Source of the DNA: Raja brachyura
Lineage: Eukaryota
Assembly (NCBI GenBank): GCA_963514005.1
Contig: OY740789.1
Coordinates: 28,148,001-28,212,000 of the forward strand
DNA: 64,000 nucleotides
Direction: 5' to 3'
In this document: piece after piece, positions 13,067 to 26,230 of the stretch
Layout: the number at the start of each line of letters is the position of its first letter
Position numbering within the stretch: position 1 is the first letter of the stretch
Program-made: the position numbers and the translations under genes
Notes under the pieces: generated by a model
Told to the model about the DNA's origin: nothing
Seen by the model: the letters and a program-made list of their open reading frames with translations, nothing else
Database searches by the model: none

Positions 13067-13637
13067 TTATTGTTTTTAATTTAAAGGGATATATTGCTTG
13101 TAAACTATATATCACCATTATATGTTGGATGCAGTTTGTATAATCTCCAGTGCATATACATTATTACATTAAATATCCTGATGCATAAGAAGTCTCTGAT
13201 GTGGATTGACCAGTTTAATTTTCTATTTATTAAATTACAATAGGAAGCACAGAGTCCTGTGTGTGATGCCAAACGAAAGATACTATTTTGATTGTATTTC
13301 AGGTAAGAATAAATTAATTACACAATCCTCCGATTACAGTCTTTTCCATTCATTGTGGAGCCTGCTTGTCTTGGTAGCTGGGTAATTAGGATAGTTTGGT
13401 GAAAGGATGAAAAACAGGCGCTAAATGGATGCTGTCTGTATTATGCACATAATTTGGGGCCTAATTGCTGATTATCACTTGAATTTGCTGAAGGAAACAC
13501 ATTGAGTTTTAACACTTAATTAACGTGCTAATTAAGCAAATTTCTTGGAGTGGCATATGTGGGGTCCACAATTTGAATTCCATCCATTGAATTTGTGGAG
13601 TGCAACGGAAATCTCTGGTTTTCCCTTGGATAGAACA

Positions 13638-13946
13638 TTTAGTTTAGTTTAGTTTAGTTTAGGATTTGTTTAGATCAGAGATACAGCATTGAAACAGGCT
13701 CTTCGGCCCATCGAGTCTGCGTCGCGCAATGATCTCTCGTGCGCTAGTTCTATCCTACACACTGGGAACAATTTTCCAGAAGCCAATTAACCTTCAAACC
13801 TGCACGTCTTTGGAACGTGGAACGAAACACAAGCACCTGGCGAACACCCACGTGGTCACGGTGAGAACGTAGAAACTCCATACAGCCAGCACCCATCGTC
13901 AGGTCTCTGATGTTGTGAGGCAGCAACTCTACCACTGCTCCACTGT
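13638..13946 (-). mobile_element. HE1-like V-SINE
   Basis: (tttag)n tail, V-domain and tRNA-like head in reverse complement. Confidence 0.85.
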
Positions 13947-14335
13947 GTATATATAGGGGTGCACAGCTTTAAGTCCATCACCAGAGATCCTGATGATAGG
14001 TGCTATCTAGATGGTAAAGTGAGGTGAAGTCTGTGTTGCTCTCTTATTCCTTTTGCCTGCAGCAGCTTGTCTGAATAATTAGATAGTTATATAAAAAATA
14101 TATAATAATTAGATAGATAATGGTTGTTCCATATCTGATGTCTCCTATACACCATGTTGCCAATGATGATTTGGATGCAGTACTAGATGTTCCATTGAAA
14201 GGCTGTATATCAGCATAGATTCCTCTTTTTGGCTCCACCCTTGCTGATGACTCTGGAATTTCGGATGGGATTAGGATAGTACGATAGGATGAGCAACTGA
14301 GTGAATTGTAGCATTTGCCATATTTATATTATCTA

Positions 14336-15901
14336 CTAGACTAAGTGAGACCTGTTGGGTTCCAGTCACATGGGAGTCCTGGGCTCCCGATGCAACCTAT
14401 ATTGCACCACTCACCCGGTTCCTCCAATGCAACCTGTTTCCCCAATGCAATATTCCACCATTCACCCATAGCCCCTAACTGCGCAGGTACAGCTCATTTC
14501 CCCTCATCCCCAAGCACTCCCTCCCCCTCTTCATGTGTGGGGGGGGGGGAGGGAAATTGGGTGTGTGGCGGGGGGTGTGTGGGGTAGGAGGGGAGGAGGG
14601 GTGTGTGCGGATGGGGAGGTGTAGGAGTGGGGGGAGAGGGTGGTGTGGGGGGAGGATGCTGTGGGGGGGGTGTGTGGGGGTGGGGGGGAGGTAGGCATGT
14701 GGGCAGGAGGGGTGTGGGAGGGGGGATGAGGGATGTGGGGGGGATGTGGAGGAGGGTATGTGTGTGTGAGAGGGGTGTGTGTGGGCGGGGTGTGTGTGGG
14801 GGGGTGTGGGCTGGGGTGTGTGTGTGTGGGGGGCGGTTGTGGAGGGGGAGGGTGCGCGGGTAGAGGGGTTGTGGGGGGAGGTGTGAGTGGGGGAGGGGTG
14901 TGTGGGGGCGGACGTGGGTTGTGGGGGCTGGGGAGTTGCGGGGGTGGGGGAGTTGTGGGACCAGGGGGGTGTTGTGAGGGCGGGGGGGTTGTGGGGGTGG
15001 GGGGTTGTGGGGGATGGGGGGGGTTGTGGGGGCGGGGTGTGTGTGGGGGTGTGTGTTTGTGGGCAGGAGGATGTGTGGGTAAGGGGCTTGTGGGGGGAGG
15101 CGTATATGGGCGGGGGGACGTGGTTGTGTGTGGGGAGAGGGGTGTTGGGGCGGGGGGAGTTGTGGGGGGAGAGGGGTTTGTGGGGGGAGAGGGGTGTGTG
15201 GGCGGGGGGAGTGAGCTCAGAGAAAAGCCATGGGATAGAGGGGTGCATCACGGGGGGGGGTTGGGGGGGAGGAGCCAGCGAGGGGGTAGTGGCTGGAACT
15301 GGCAGTGCGATGTGGACTCACAGCGGGCGCTGGTCGCTAGTCGTTCTCCTCTGCCAGGATCACAGTCTCTGCTTTCCTTTTGGCAACATCTCCGACGCTG
15401 AGCTGGGTCCCCGACTCTGGGCTGGGTCTCCCATGCTGGGCTGAGTCGGGTCTCATCTCCGAGACTGGGCTGCTGCATGGGGCTGGGCTGCTGCTTGGGG
15501 TGGGGCTGCTGCTTGGGGCAGGGCTGGACTAGGGTGCTTTGGGTCCCTCAGAAAGTCCGGTTGAAAACCTCCGCCGGCTATCCTCGGCTCCAATTAAGAT
15601 GCGATGGCGCAGGAAGGGGCACACCGCCTGGGGAGTGACAGGTGAAGAGACTAATCCACGCGGCACTGACTGGCAGGAGAAGAGATCGATCTGCGCATGG
15701 ACGGTTTTTAAGATTTTTAAACCTCGCTAACATTTACGACATTTAACTGATCGGAACAAAACTTGGTGGACTAGCAGCACAGGATAATGGTGAGTGAACT
15801 GGTGAAAAATCGTAGCGCTATCGCGAACCGTTTTTGCGCAAATAGAAAGACCGCGCAGCCGGAGGATAACAAGATCACGGTTTTAGTTATGTATTTATAG
15901 A
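14336..15901 (-). mobile_element. Non-autonomous Helitron
   Basis: Minus strand starts A|TCtataaat at 15901 and ends CTAG|T at 14336; imperfect subterminal hairpin (gagacc-tgtt-gggttc, about 14347-14362); no TSD. Confidence 0.75.
14536..15272 (+). repeat. G-rich low-complexity tract (GGG/GT), strongly strand-skewed
   Basis: About 730 bp, mostly G and T, with dozens of G3+ runs. Confidence 0.95.
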
Positions 15902-17318
15902 TGACACATCAGTACTTTTAAAGTATTGAGCATTGACTGAACCAAACAAGGACATAATCTTATTATGTTATTTCAACCGATATGTTGGAGTAGTTGTGAG
16001 TTTTCCGACCAGTTACCTACCTCACTATTGTGTGTTGACCCGAAATGTCAGCTATTCCTTTTCTCCAAAGATGCTGCCTGACCCGCTGAGTCACTCCTGA
16101 TTTTTGTGTCTGCCTTCAGTTTAACCAGCATCTGATGTTCCTCCTTACACAGGTTTATAGGCTAAATGGCTTAGTAAAAATTGTAAATAGTCCCCCGTGT
16201 GTAGGATAGTGTTAGTGAATGGGGATCGCTGGTCAGCGTGGACTCGGTGAGCCGAATGGCATGTTTCCGCGCTGTATCTCTAAACAAAACTGAACTAAAA
16301 TTTAACAAGGTTGCAAAGAAAAATCTGAGGGATAAGATATCCATGTATTTGGATTGATTGGGGTTGACTATGGATAGTCAGCATTGTTTTTATTAATCAA
16401 TCCTTGTACCATCCCTTGTGGGAGATCATGTCTCATGAATTTGAAAATGGCATCCAAGGTAGATAGGGTGGTGAAGAAGACTTTTGACACATTGGTCATC
16501 CTCAGACAGGGAATTGAGTAAAAAAGTTAGGACATTGTGTTACAGTTGTACAATATATTAGTAAGGCTGCACTTGGACTATTGTGTTCAGTTGTGGTCAC
16601 CCTGATATAGGAAGTATGCCATTAAGCTGGAAAGAGCGCAAAGATGATTTACAAGGATGTTGCCATGACTCAAGAGCTTAAGCTATGGGGAGAGGTTGGG
16701 CAGGCTGGGACTTTATTCTTTTGAGCGCAGGAAGCTAATGGGTGATTGTAGATTAGTAGGTCATTACTATATATATATATCACCTCACAGATTATGCATG
16801 CTACACATTCCTTATGTAGTCCAGTCTAGATCTTCATCCCTACCCTGGGCACACCGGTCCTGCAACCAGTGCGTCACTTTCTCTCTTTAGATTTGATGCA
16901 GACCACGGGGATGAAAGCATGTCGTGTTCCCTCCGCTTGTATTGCAATAAAGATTATGAGTTATAACCTCTATGTGTGCGTCTGATCACTCAACATGCTG
17001 TCAGGGATCATGGACTCATTACTTGCCTAGTTGGTTTCAGTTTATTTTAGCTAGGTTAGCCTGGTTGAAGCCTATATCAGTTCTTTAAAGCACATCGTCA
17101 GCCGATGCAAATTTCAAAATCTATGTGATAGTCTTATATGTGACAGACTGGTTTATGGTATTCTCAATGACAAGGTCCGTGATGAACTTATAAGTGATAC
17201 AGATCTCACTCTGCAAAGGGCTGAGAATTGCTGTCATGTTGCAGAAATGACAGACTCTCACACTAAATCTCAGGGGCCATGGTCTCCACTCTGCTGAAGA
17301 AGCACTCTGCCTATGATG

Positions 17319-19199
17319 CTTTTTGAAGATGGCGCTGCCTGTGGCGACATTTTGCCAGCAGCTCAACAACATAGAATTAATTATAGTTTCACTCAATTAT
17401 CCCTCGCCCTCACTTTGGTAAATCCAACAATACTGCGGTGTTGCTTCTTCGGCAACTGTGGCAGGCTTGAATGCCATCACCCCCTACAAGCCAAAAACAG
17501 GAGGCAGCACAAATGTCAGCGAAGCATCATTCCCTGACGAACTCAATGCGTTCTACGCACGTTATGATAGGGAGAACACTGATGTGCATTCCCGAGCCCC
17601 CATTCGCTGTGATGGTATTTCAGTCACAGACACAGAGGCCGACATCAGAAGATCCTTCAGGGGGGTGACCCCTTGGAAAGCACCTGGAACCTGATGGAAG
17701 ACCTGGTCGTGTTCTTAAAAACCTGTGCGGATCAACTGGCTGGCGTTTTTACAGACATTTTCAACCTCTCACTTCTGAGGTCTGAGGTTCCCATCTGCTT
17801 TAAAAGGGCATCAATAATACCGATGCCCAAGGAGAGCAAGGTGACGTGCCTCAATGACTATCAACCAGTGGCATTAACGTCTGTGGTGATGAAGTGCTTT
17901 GAGAGGTTGATTATGGCACATATCAACTCCTACCTCAACAAGAACCTCGCCCACTGCAGTTCGCTTACCGCCACAACAGATCAACGGTGAATGCCAACTC
18001 ACTGGCTCTCCACTCTGCTCTGGACCACTTGGACAACACAAACAAAGGCTGTTATTCACTGACTGCAGCTCGCCATTTAATACCATCATCCCTACAAGCT
18101 GGTTACCAAGCTCTCAGATCTGGGTCTCTGCGCATCCCTCTGCAATTGGATCCTCAATTTCCTCATCCACAGATCTCAGTCTGTCCGTATTGGTGGAAAT
18201 GTGTCAGACTCGATAACAATCAGCACGGGAGCACCTCAAGGCTGCGTGCTCAGCCCCCTGATGTACTCATTCTATACTCATGACTGCGTAGCCGCACATA
18301 GTGCGAACTCCATCACCAGGTTCGCCGATGACACCGCTGTTGTGGGACGAATCACTGATGGTGACATGTCAGAGTATAGAAGTGAGATTGACGGATTGAC
18401 CAAATGGTGCCAGCACAACAACCTGGCTCTCAACACCAGCAAAACCAAGGAACTGATTGTGGACTTTGGAAGTGGTAGGATGGGGAACCACGGCCCCGTT
18501 TATGTCAACGGGATGAGGGTTGAAAGGATCACAAACTTCAAAATTCTGGGCATGCATATTTCCGAAGATCTTTCTTGGTCACAGCACACTGATGCAATTA
18601 TAAAGAAAGCACATCAGCACCTCTACTTCCTGAGAAGATTACAGAGAGTTGGTATGTCAAGGAGGATTCTCTCAAACTTCTACAGGTGCACAGTAGAGAG
18701 CATACTGACTGGTTGCATCATGGCTTGGTTCGGCAACTTGAACGTCCAGGAGCGGAAAAGAATGCAGGAAGTTGTGACCACTGCCAAGTCCATCATCGGC
18801 TCTGACCTCCCCACCATTGAAGGGATCTTTGAGGCAGTGACTGCGATAAAGGCTGCCAACATCATCAAAGACCCACACCATCCTGGCCATGAACTCATCT
18901 CTCCGTTGTCATCAGGTAGAAGGTACAGGAACCTGAAATCTGGTATATCCAGGTTCAGGAACAGCTGCTTCCCCACAGCCATCAGACTATTAAACACAAC
19001 ATCATACAAACTCTGCACTAAAACAGCCTATCGCACTTTACCTGTTTATTTATGTGTAAATATATGGTCTATGGTATATAGACACACTGATCTGTTCTGT
19101 ATTATGCCTACAATATTCTGTTGTGCTGCAGCAAGCAGGAATTCCATTGGCCTATCTGGAACACACGATAATAAACTCTCTTGACTTGACTTGACTTGA
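17319..19199 (+). mobile_element. Rex1/Babar-like LINE with degenerate RT, inserted in Gypsy gag
   Basis: [32 protein letters not shown]; (cttga)n tail; possible TSD tgatg. Confidence 0.88.
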
Positions 19200-19474
19200 T
19201 GTAAATGTTGCCGGCAAGTTTTATCAGGCCCAGCTCCAGCCTTCACAAGTGCCTGGAAGATCGGGTGTCGGATTCATTAGTAATTGTGTGAATTGTGGAG
19301 GTTTGCATGCAGGCACTCGTGAACATTGCCCGGTCTATGGAAAAGTTTGCTACCACTGTAAATGCAGAAACCATTCCATCTGCGGCTGCTGCTCATTAGG
19401 GAACAGAGTACAGACAAAGCAATCAGTGCACCTGCTACATCAAGACAGCTTACAGCCAGAACCTTCCCATGTAA

Positions 19475-19863
19475 AGGGCTCATCCCACTAATGCGACTTT
19501 TCAGCAATGGTCTTTGACCTTCAAGCTCGAGGGCACTCGCCTGAAAAACCTCGAGCTGGATCAACCGTCAGCGATGAAACTGTGAGCTGGATCGACCATT
19601 AGCATATACACACACAAACAAAGGCGGGGGCCAGGGGGCCAGGGAAAGCGAGGGAGCGCTGTATGGTAAGTCCTTTAGGGAGCATGGTGGGAAAGGAGAG
19701 AGAAGGAGAGAGAAGGCGAGAGAAGGCGAGAGAAGGGGAGAGATGGGGAGAGATGGGGAGAGATGGGGAGAGATGGGGAGAGATGGGGAGAGATGGGGAG
19801 AGATGGGGAGAGATGGGGAGAGATGGGGGGGAGAAGGAGTGGAGACACTTTTAAGAAGCCAGA
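19475..19863. mobile_element. Harbinger-like non-autonomous element fragment with (gagatgggga)n 10-bp minisatellite
   Basis: Terminus gggctcatcccacta resembles the TIR at 57140; 19833-19861 is the near reverse complement of 39088-39118. Confidence 0.6.
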
Positions 19864-20853
19864 CAACTTTTCACAACTTCCTCTCCCTCCGGAGACAGTT
19901 TCACAACCTCCTCTTCCTCCGGAGACAGTTTCACAATCTCCCCTCCCTCCGGAGACAGTTTCACAACCTCCTCTCCTCCAGCATTTTGTGTACCCTCGAT
20001 TTTCCAGCATCTGCAGTTCCTTCTTTAACACTTTGTCTCCTCCACTGCAAAATCTCCTTAAGGTTTGCCTACTTTGAAGAAGTTCTCCTCCTCCCTCCGG
20101 AGACAGTTTCACAACCTCCTCTCTACAGGGTCTCCTCCATACCCCGCAACACTGCCCTCTCTCCCCATCCCCCCACTCGCAACAAGGGCAGAGTCCCCCT
20201 GGTCCTCACCTTTCACCCCACCAGCCGGCGCATACAACACATTGTCCTCCGCCAGTTTCGCCCCACCACTCGCCACATCTTCCCATCTCCCCCACGTCTG
20301 CCTTCCGCAAAGACCGCTCCCTCCGCAACTCCCTTGGCAATTCTTCCCTTCCCTCCCACTCCACCCCTTCCCCGGGCACTTTCCCTTGCAACCGCAAGAG
20401 ATGCTACACTTGTCCCTTTACCTCCCCCCTCCACTCCTTTCAAGGACCCAAGCAGTCCTTCCAGGTCCGACAGAGGTTCACCTCTGTCGGACCTCCTCCA
20501 ACCTCATCTATTGCATCCGCTGCTCTAGATGCAAGCTGATCTATATCGGTGAGACCAAGCGGAGGCTTGGCGATCGTTTCGCCGAACACCTCCGCTCGGT
20601 CCGCAATAACCAACCCGACCTCCCGATGGCTCAGCACTTCAACTCTCCCTCCCATTCTGTATCCGACCTCTCGGTCCTGGGCCTCCTCCACGGCCAGAGT
20701 GAGCAACACCACAAGTTGGAGGAACAGCACCTCATATTCCGCTTGGGGAGTCTGCATCCTCTGGGCTTAAACATTGAATTTTCTCAATTCTGTTAACCCT
20801 TGCTGCCTCCTCCCCTTCCCACCTCTCCCTCAGCACTCGGGCCCTGGCATTCC

Positions 20854-20888
<35 letters not shown>

Positions 20889-21140
20889 CCCCACCCAAGT
20901 CGCACTAGCTTCTCATTTTCACACTACAAACAGCTTACAATGGTCTGTTTCCTTTATCATCGATACTTTTTTGCATATCTTTCATTCATTGTTCTTTATC
21001 TCTCCACATCACCGTCTATATCTCTCGTTTCCCTGATCCCTAACCAGTGAAGAAGGATCTTGACCTGAAACGTCGCCTATTTCATTTGCTCCTTAGATGC
21101 TGCTGCACCCGCTGAGTTTCTCCAGCCTTTTGTGTACCCT
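19864..21140 (+). mobile_element. Penelope-like element 3' fragment (GIY-YIG endonuclease and pseudo-LTR)
   Basis: RVPLVLTFHP, C-x2-C motifs, NLIYCIRCSRCKLIYIGETKRRLGDRFAEH, GLN; degenerate hammerhead motif at about 21047-21075. Confidence 0.9.
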
Positions 21141-22794
21141 ACGCAATATCTCCTGTGACTCGATATTGGGTTCACCGGCCCAGCGAGTGATCCCACTATC
21201 CTAAATCCAGTCCAGACTACAACAAAAACGTAATGTTCAAAAAAGGTGGTATGTAAAAAAAAGAGAAGACCACTTCCATCACTAAGCAAGGGACAGGTGG
21301 TCAGTCTACAAACTAACAAGCATGGCACCTACAGACGTAATAGACAGCACATCCTGCTTGTGTACGAACAAGCACACCTCCGTATTATCCCGACCGCACA
21401 GGTATACTTCCATCCCCATCCAGCGGCATCGACCCAACCATACCACTACTACCATCCGCTCCTGATCCGGTTGTTTTGCCCACGGCCACGCCGCCTCGAC
21501 CCCTGCCAAGGTCTCCAGTTTCATCGCCGGGGATGCTGTTTCAATCTCCTGCACCTGTTCTACCACCGATCGCATCTCCGGTGACGGGAGAAAATGTAGA
21601 ATTGTACCGTATGCGCGCAGGTCGCATCTGCAAGCCCACCCTAAAGTACCCGGATTACGTTTGAACTTCCCTCCAGCTTACTTACACGTACTATATGTAC
21701 TTTATGTAATTAGTAGTATCTACATTGTGCATGCGATTATCATATCTATTTTATTAGGAGTTAATTCTTTAAGAGGAAGGATGTAGATTAGTATGTCTTT
21801 ACTATATATATATATATCACTACACAGATTATGCATGCTACACATTCCTTATGTAGTCCTGTGCAGATCTCCATCCCTACCCAGGCAAGCATGTCATGTT
21901 CCCTCCGTTTGTACTGCAATAAAGACTATAAATTATAACCTCTATGTGTGGGTCTGATCATTTAACAGTGATCTTATGAAGATATATAAAATCATGGGGA
22001 ATTTGTAGGATAGGGGAATCAAGAACTAGAGGGCATATGTTTAAGTTGAGTGGGAAAAGATTAAAGAATTGGAGGGGAAACTTCTTCATACTGAGTGTGG
22101 TAGGCATATACAACATGCCAGAGGAAGAAGTTGAGGCAGGTATAATTACAACATTTAAAATGTACATTAATCAAAAAGGTTTAGAGGGACATGGGCCAAA
22201 TATGGGTAGACGGGACAAGCATAGATGGAACATATTGGCTGGCTTGAACAAGTTCGGCTGAAGGACCTGTTTCAAACATTGCACGAGCCTCTGACCACAG
22301 GTCAAAACCAACTGGCAAATCAATGGAATTGAGGTGCTTGGGATACTAAGGATGACACAGTGGCATAGCTAGTAATGCTGTTAGCTCCAGAGTAAAGCTT
22401 CAGAGATAGACACAAAGTGCTGGAGTATCTCAGCGGGTCAGGCAACATCTCTGGAGAAAAAGGATGTGTGACGTTTTAGGCGGGATCCTTCTTCAGACAG
22501 GTATAGTTCCGGAGGTCAGGGTTTTATCCTGACCTCAAGTTCCTGTCTTTGCAGAGTCTGCACGTGGCTCTGCACATGTCTGCATTCCATGTGGGTTTCC
22601 CCCAGATATTCAGTTTCCTCCCACATCCCAAAAGGATGTGATTTGGTCATTTAATTAGCCAGTGTAAATTGCCCAGGACGTGTAGATGAGTGGTGGGATC
22701 TGGGGGAGTTGAGGGAATGTGGGGAGCATACACCTGAATTAATGTGGGATTAGTGTAAATGGATGCTGTATGGATTTTTTCACACTGATGGAAC

Positions 22795-23010
22795 CATAGA
22801 AACTTAGAAACTGGGTGCAGGAGTAGGCCATTCAGCCCTTCAAGCCAGAACCGCCATTCAATATGATCATGGCTGATCATCTAAAATCACTATCCCGTTC
22901 CTGCCTTTTCCCCATATCCCTTGATTCCTTTAACCTTAAGAGCTAAATCAAACTCTCTCGTGAAAACATCCAGTGAAATGGCCTCCACTGTCTCCTGTGG
23001 CAGGGAATAG
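22795..23010 (-). mobile_element. CR1 3' tail
   Basis: catagaaac...ggccattcagccct...ccccatatccc in reverse orientation. Confidence 0.85.
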
Positions 23011-24054
23011 ATGGCTTCAAAGGATTTACGAGAGTCTTTATTAGTCTGGGGATGCAACAATGCTGGCGGTATGCTTATGAACGTGACATGAGTCGTTCAA
23101 CACATGCAATTATCCAAAATTTGTAACAGATTTCAAATCGTCAGAGAGGGCTGTCGGATTATTGCCATCGCTTTATAAGAGGATAATCTATGCAAGCCTG
23201 ACCTTCCAAAAGCATCTCTGATTGGCACGGCTGCTAAGGTTGCCAAGTTTTGTTGCAGGTTTGACAAGGTAAACATCTCTCCAGGCAGTGGCGGAGCTGC
23301 CTCCCTGATGAGGTGGTAGAAATAATTATGGCACTTATATCCGGCCTTCAGATAGAAATTGCCAGATGTGAAAGGCCCCTTGTTTCTACCTTGACTGACT
23401 ACTGGGGACTCAAAGGTATTGCCTTCTGGGAAATGTCCGTTTATTTTACAGTGAGAGAAGGTGGGAAGAGACTGGAGCAGCTCTGCATAATTGAAGTTCT
23501 CTTGGACTGGACCACCAGCTTTTGTTAAGCATTCTTTGCAGTACATGACTTTAGAGATATAGCGCAGAAACAGGCCCTTCGGCCCATCGAGTCTGCGCCG
23601 ACCAGCGATCACCCAGTGCACTCGCACTATCCTACACACACTGAGGACAATTTAAAATTTTAGGTTACGTTTTAATCTTTATGTAGCTTTATATCTTGTT
23701 GCTTTTTTTGGTATGACTGTATAGTAAATCAAATTTCACTGTACACAAAGGAACACGTGACAATAAAGGACCATTGAACCATTGAGGATTGAGTTCAACC
23801 TGAGTTTGCACTGAAAGTGGACGGCCATGCCCCCAAAACTTGAACTTCTCATTTGGATCTTTCCCTTTGATTAGAATCTTAATCAGAAATTTTAACCAAA
23901 AGTAAGAGTTCAGAGACTAAATTGGTAAACGTGACTCTAGCCCTGCCTCCCTGATGGATTTAGACACAAAACACTGGCATATGTCAGCAGGTCAGGCAGC
24001 ATCTCTGGAGAAAAGGAACAGGAGACGTTTTGGGTCGAGGCCCTCATCAGACTG

Positions 24055-24500
24055 GAAACTTCTTCCCTGACATTAAGAGCATGGTTATTGTCTGGAAAAC
24101 ATGGCACTAGTTCTTGAGTTCATTCCTATACTTTGTTTCATTGTTGTTGTAGATCCGGCAAACAAAGTCATATCACTGGGGAACCCAATGAACACATTGG
24201 TATAGTGCTTGCCTACAATTGTCAAGTATGCACAGGATATGGAGCAAGGGACTGAGAGCACCATGCTGAACGGGACCAATGTTGAAGGTGGGGATCGTGG
24301 ACATTTCATTACCAATTCTAACTGACTGAGGTCTGTTGGCCAAGAACTCCAGAAGCCAGTTGAAGATGGAGGGTCTGCAGCCAAGATCTAGAAGGATAGG
24401 GATAAGTTTGTTCAGCATTATGGTGCTGAAGGCTGAGCTGCAGTCATTGAATAGCATTCTGACATAAATGTTCTTATAGTCAAGGAGATCCAGGGCAAAA
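24055..24500 (-). pseudogene. Ancient Rex1-like RT remnant
   Basis: YVRMLFNDCSSAFSTI...KL...WLLEFLANRPQSVRIG. Confidence 0.75.
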
Positions 24501-25619
24501 TGTGGTGCAAAATTACAAGGCACAATACATTCAAGACTGAGAACAAGTGATTTGTGCAGCAGTCTTTAAATTAGGAGAGATTCCCTCATAAAATGGCACA
24601 CTGTTCTCTATGCTCTTTAGCAGTTTCAAAACAGAACATAAGCAACACATACATGTAAATTTGTGGTGATAGACCAATAAAAAAGAATTGGAAGTTAATC
24701 ACAAATTAGCTAATGATTCTTTATAACAGAACTGTTGAGATGTTCGTCCTGCTGCTGAACGTGTGTTCAGCTATCTCAAACTAAAACACAGGCTCTGCTA
24801 ATGCTGAAATACAAAATTGTAGCTGTGGTGTCAAATTAGTATATCGAGCGGCATCTTAGTCCCCTAATGAGGCACACTTTAGCGTTGTGCATGCCAACAC
24901 CCTCACCGAGGTGGCGTTCAGTGTGTGACTCTAAATTTTCACATACGCATCTGAATGCCACTTTAGAAGCATTTCAGTCCCCATGGTGTCCACTAAATCT
25001 ATGTTGCAGAGGTACATTTTGTGACTTCTTGATAAGGACCAATGGCCTGCAAAATTTCAACCAAGGTCATTACAATTACCTGAACTCAAGAGTTTTCTGA
25101 CACTATGAACTGAAATATGGTGAACTGAGTTCATTTACATGCCAGAGTACATTTCATTTAAGTCATTTAGAAGCCACACTTGCATTTAACTGAACATTGC
25201 AGCAGTGTAAGAATATACATATTCATCTGCCCGAACACACTTGAGGATTTCCAAAGACGTTTAATCGCAAGAAAGATATACTCAGTAAGTATTCTGAATT
25301 CTAAAGAATCAGTCTGCAACATAGTGATATTATTGAGATTAAATCTGGTGCTGTGCAAATCAACTAATGTTCTTCTGGTCTTTGTCAATCTTTCTGGCAT
25401 TTCCTGAGAGGTAACAAAGTGAATTGTTCTGCTCTAACCAATCACATCCATTGGAACAAGAGGAATATAATCTTTCCCAACGACTTGCAAATTACGAGAT
25501 TATGCAAATTATGAGATGAGCGGAGAATAGGGAACACATAACAGTACAGCACAGGAATGGGCCCTTGGGCCCACAATGTTTGTGCCAAACACATGATGCC
25601 AAGATAAACTGATCTCATC

Positions 25620-25890
25620 TTAGTTTAGTTTGAAGATACAGCGCGGAAAAAGGCCCTTCATCCCACTGAGTCCGCACTGACCATCGATCCCTCAAACTTA
25701 CACTATCCTCTACACACTAGGGACATTTTAAAAATATTTATAACAAACCAATTAACCTACAAGCCTGTATGTCTTTGGAGTGTGGGAGGAGAGCGAAGAT
25801 CTCAAAGAAAACCTACACAGGTCACGGGGAGAACATACAAACTCAATACAGACAGCACCCAAAGTCAGGATCGAACCCGGGTGTCTGGCC
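25620..25890 (-). mobile_element. HE1-like V-SINE
   Basis: Matches the SINE consensus; caggatcgaacccgg B box. Confidence 0.85.
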
Positions 25891-26230
25891 TCTCTAACCA
25901 GAAATCTACTCCACCTCCTTTCCTTTCTGTCTATCCCTCCTGAATATTGAATATCCCTGGATGTTCAGCTCCCAGTTTTGGTCACCCTGGAGCCATGTCT
26001 CTGTGATCCCAACTATATAATATTCATTTTACTTTGGAGTCACGTGAGTGACTTCGTGAAGACACCGCCAACACGCATGCGCGGCATATCGACGCGCGCA
26101 TTTGCTACCGGCAAGCTGGGGGGGGGGGGGGGGAGTGCGCTTCCCCCACCAGCTCCTTCAAAAGACGACTCCAGGTAAGTGGAAACTAACCTTGAGCTGT
26201 TTCTTCTGTAAGTTTTGTCTTACAGACGCG

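Larger units (their letters stand above)
16747..21967 (+). mobile_element. Gypsy-type LTR retrotransposon, internally deleted, with nested inserts
   Basis: LTRs TG...CA at 16747-16995 and 21782-21967; TSD gtgat; PBS-like tgctgtcag; PPT aagaggaagga; gag remnants (ICDRLVYGILND, CVNCGGLH..C..C) and integrase C-terminus (YRRNRQHI). Confidence 0.9.
16370..22275 (+). mobile_element. Old CR1 LINE fragment split by the LTR element (pieces about 16370-16746 and 21968-22275)
   Basis: LVRLHLDYCVQLWSP... aagctaatgggtgat|cttatgaagatatataaaatcatg is continuous CR1 sequence across the insertion. Confidence 0.85.

Noticed and set aside
14475-15444. Long Pro/His- or Gly/Val-rich ORFs
   Set aside because: By-products of a stop-poor G-rich tract
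19663-20112. Repetitive ORFs (GEMGRDGERW, PPETVSQ)
   Set aside because: Translations of 10-bp and 30-bp tandem repeats
25167-25410. Possible minus-strand coding exon after ctctcag
   Set aside because: No recognisable protein and no clear donor site
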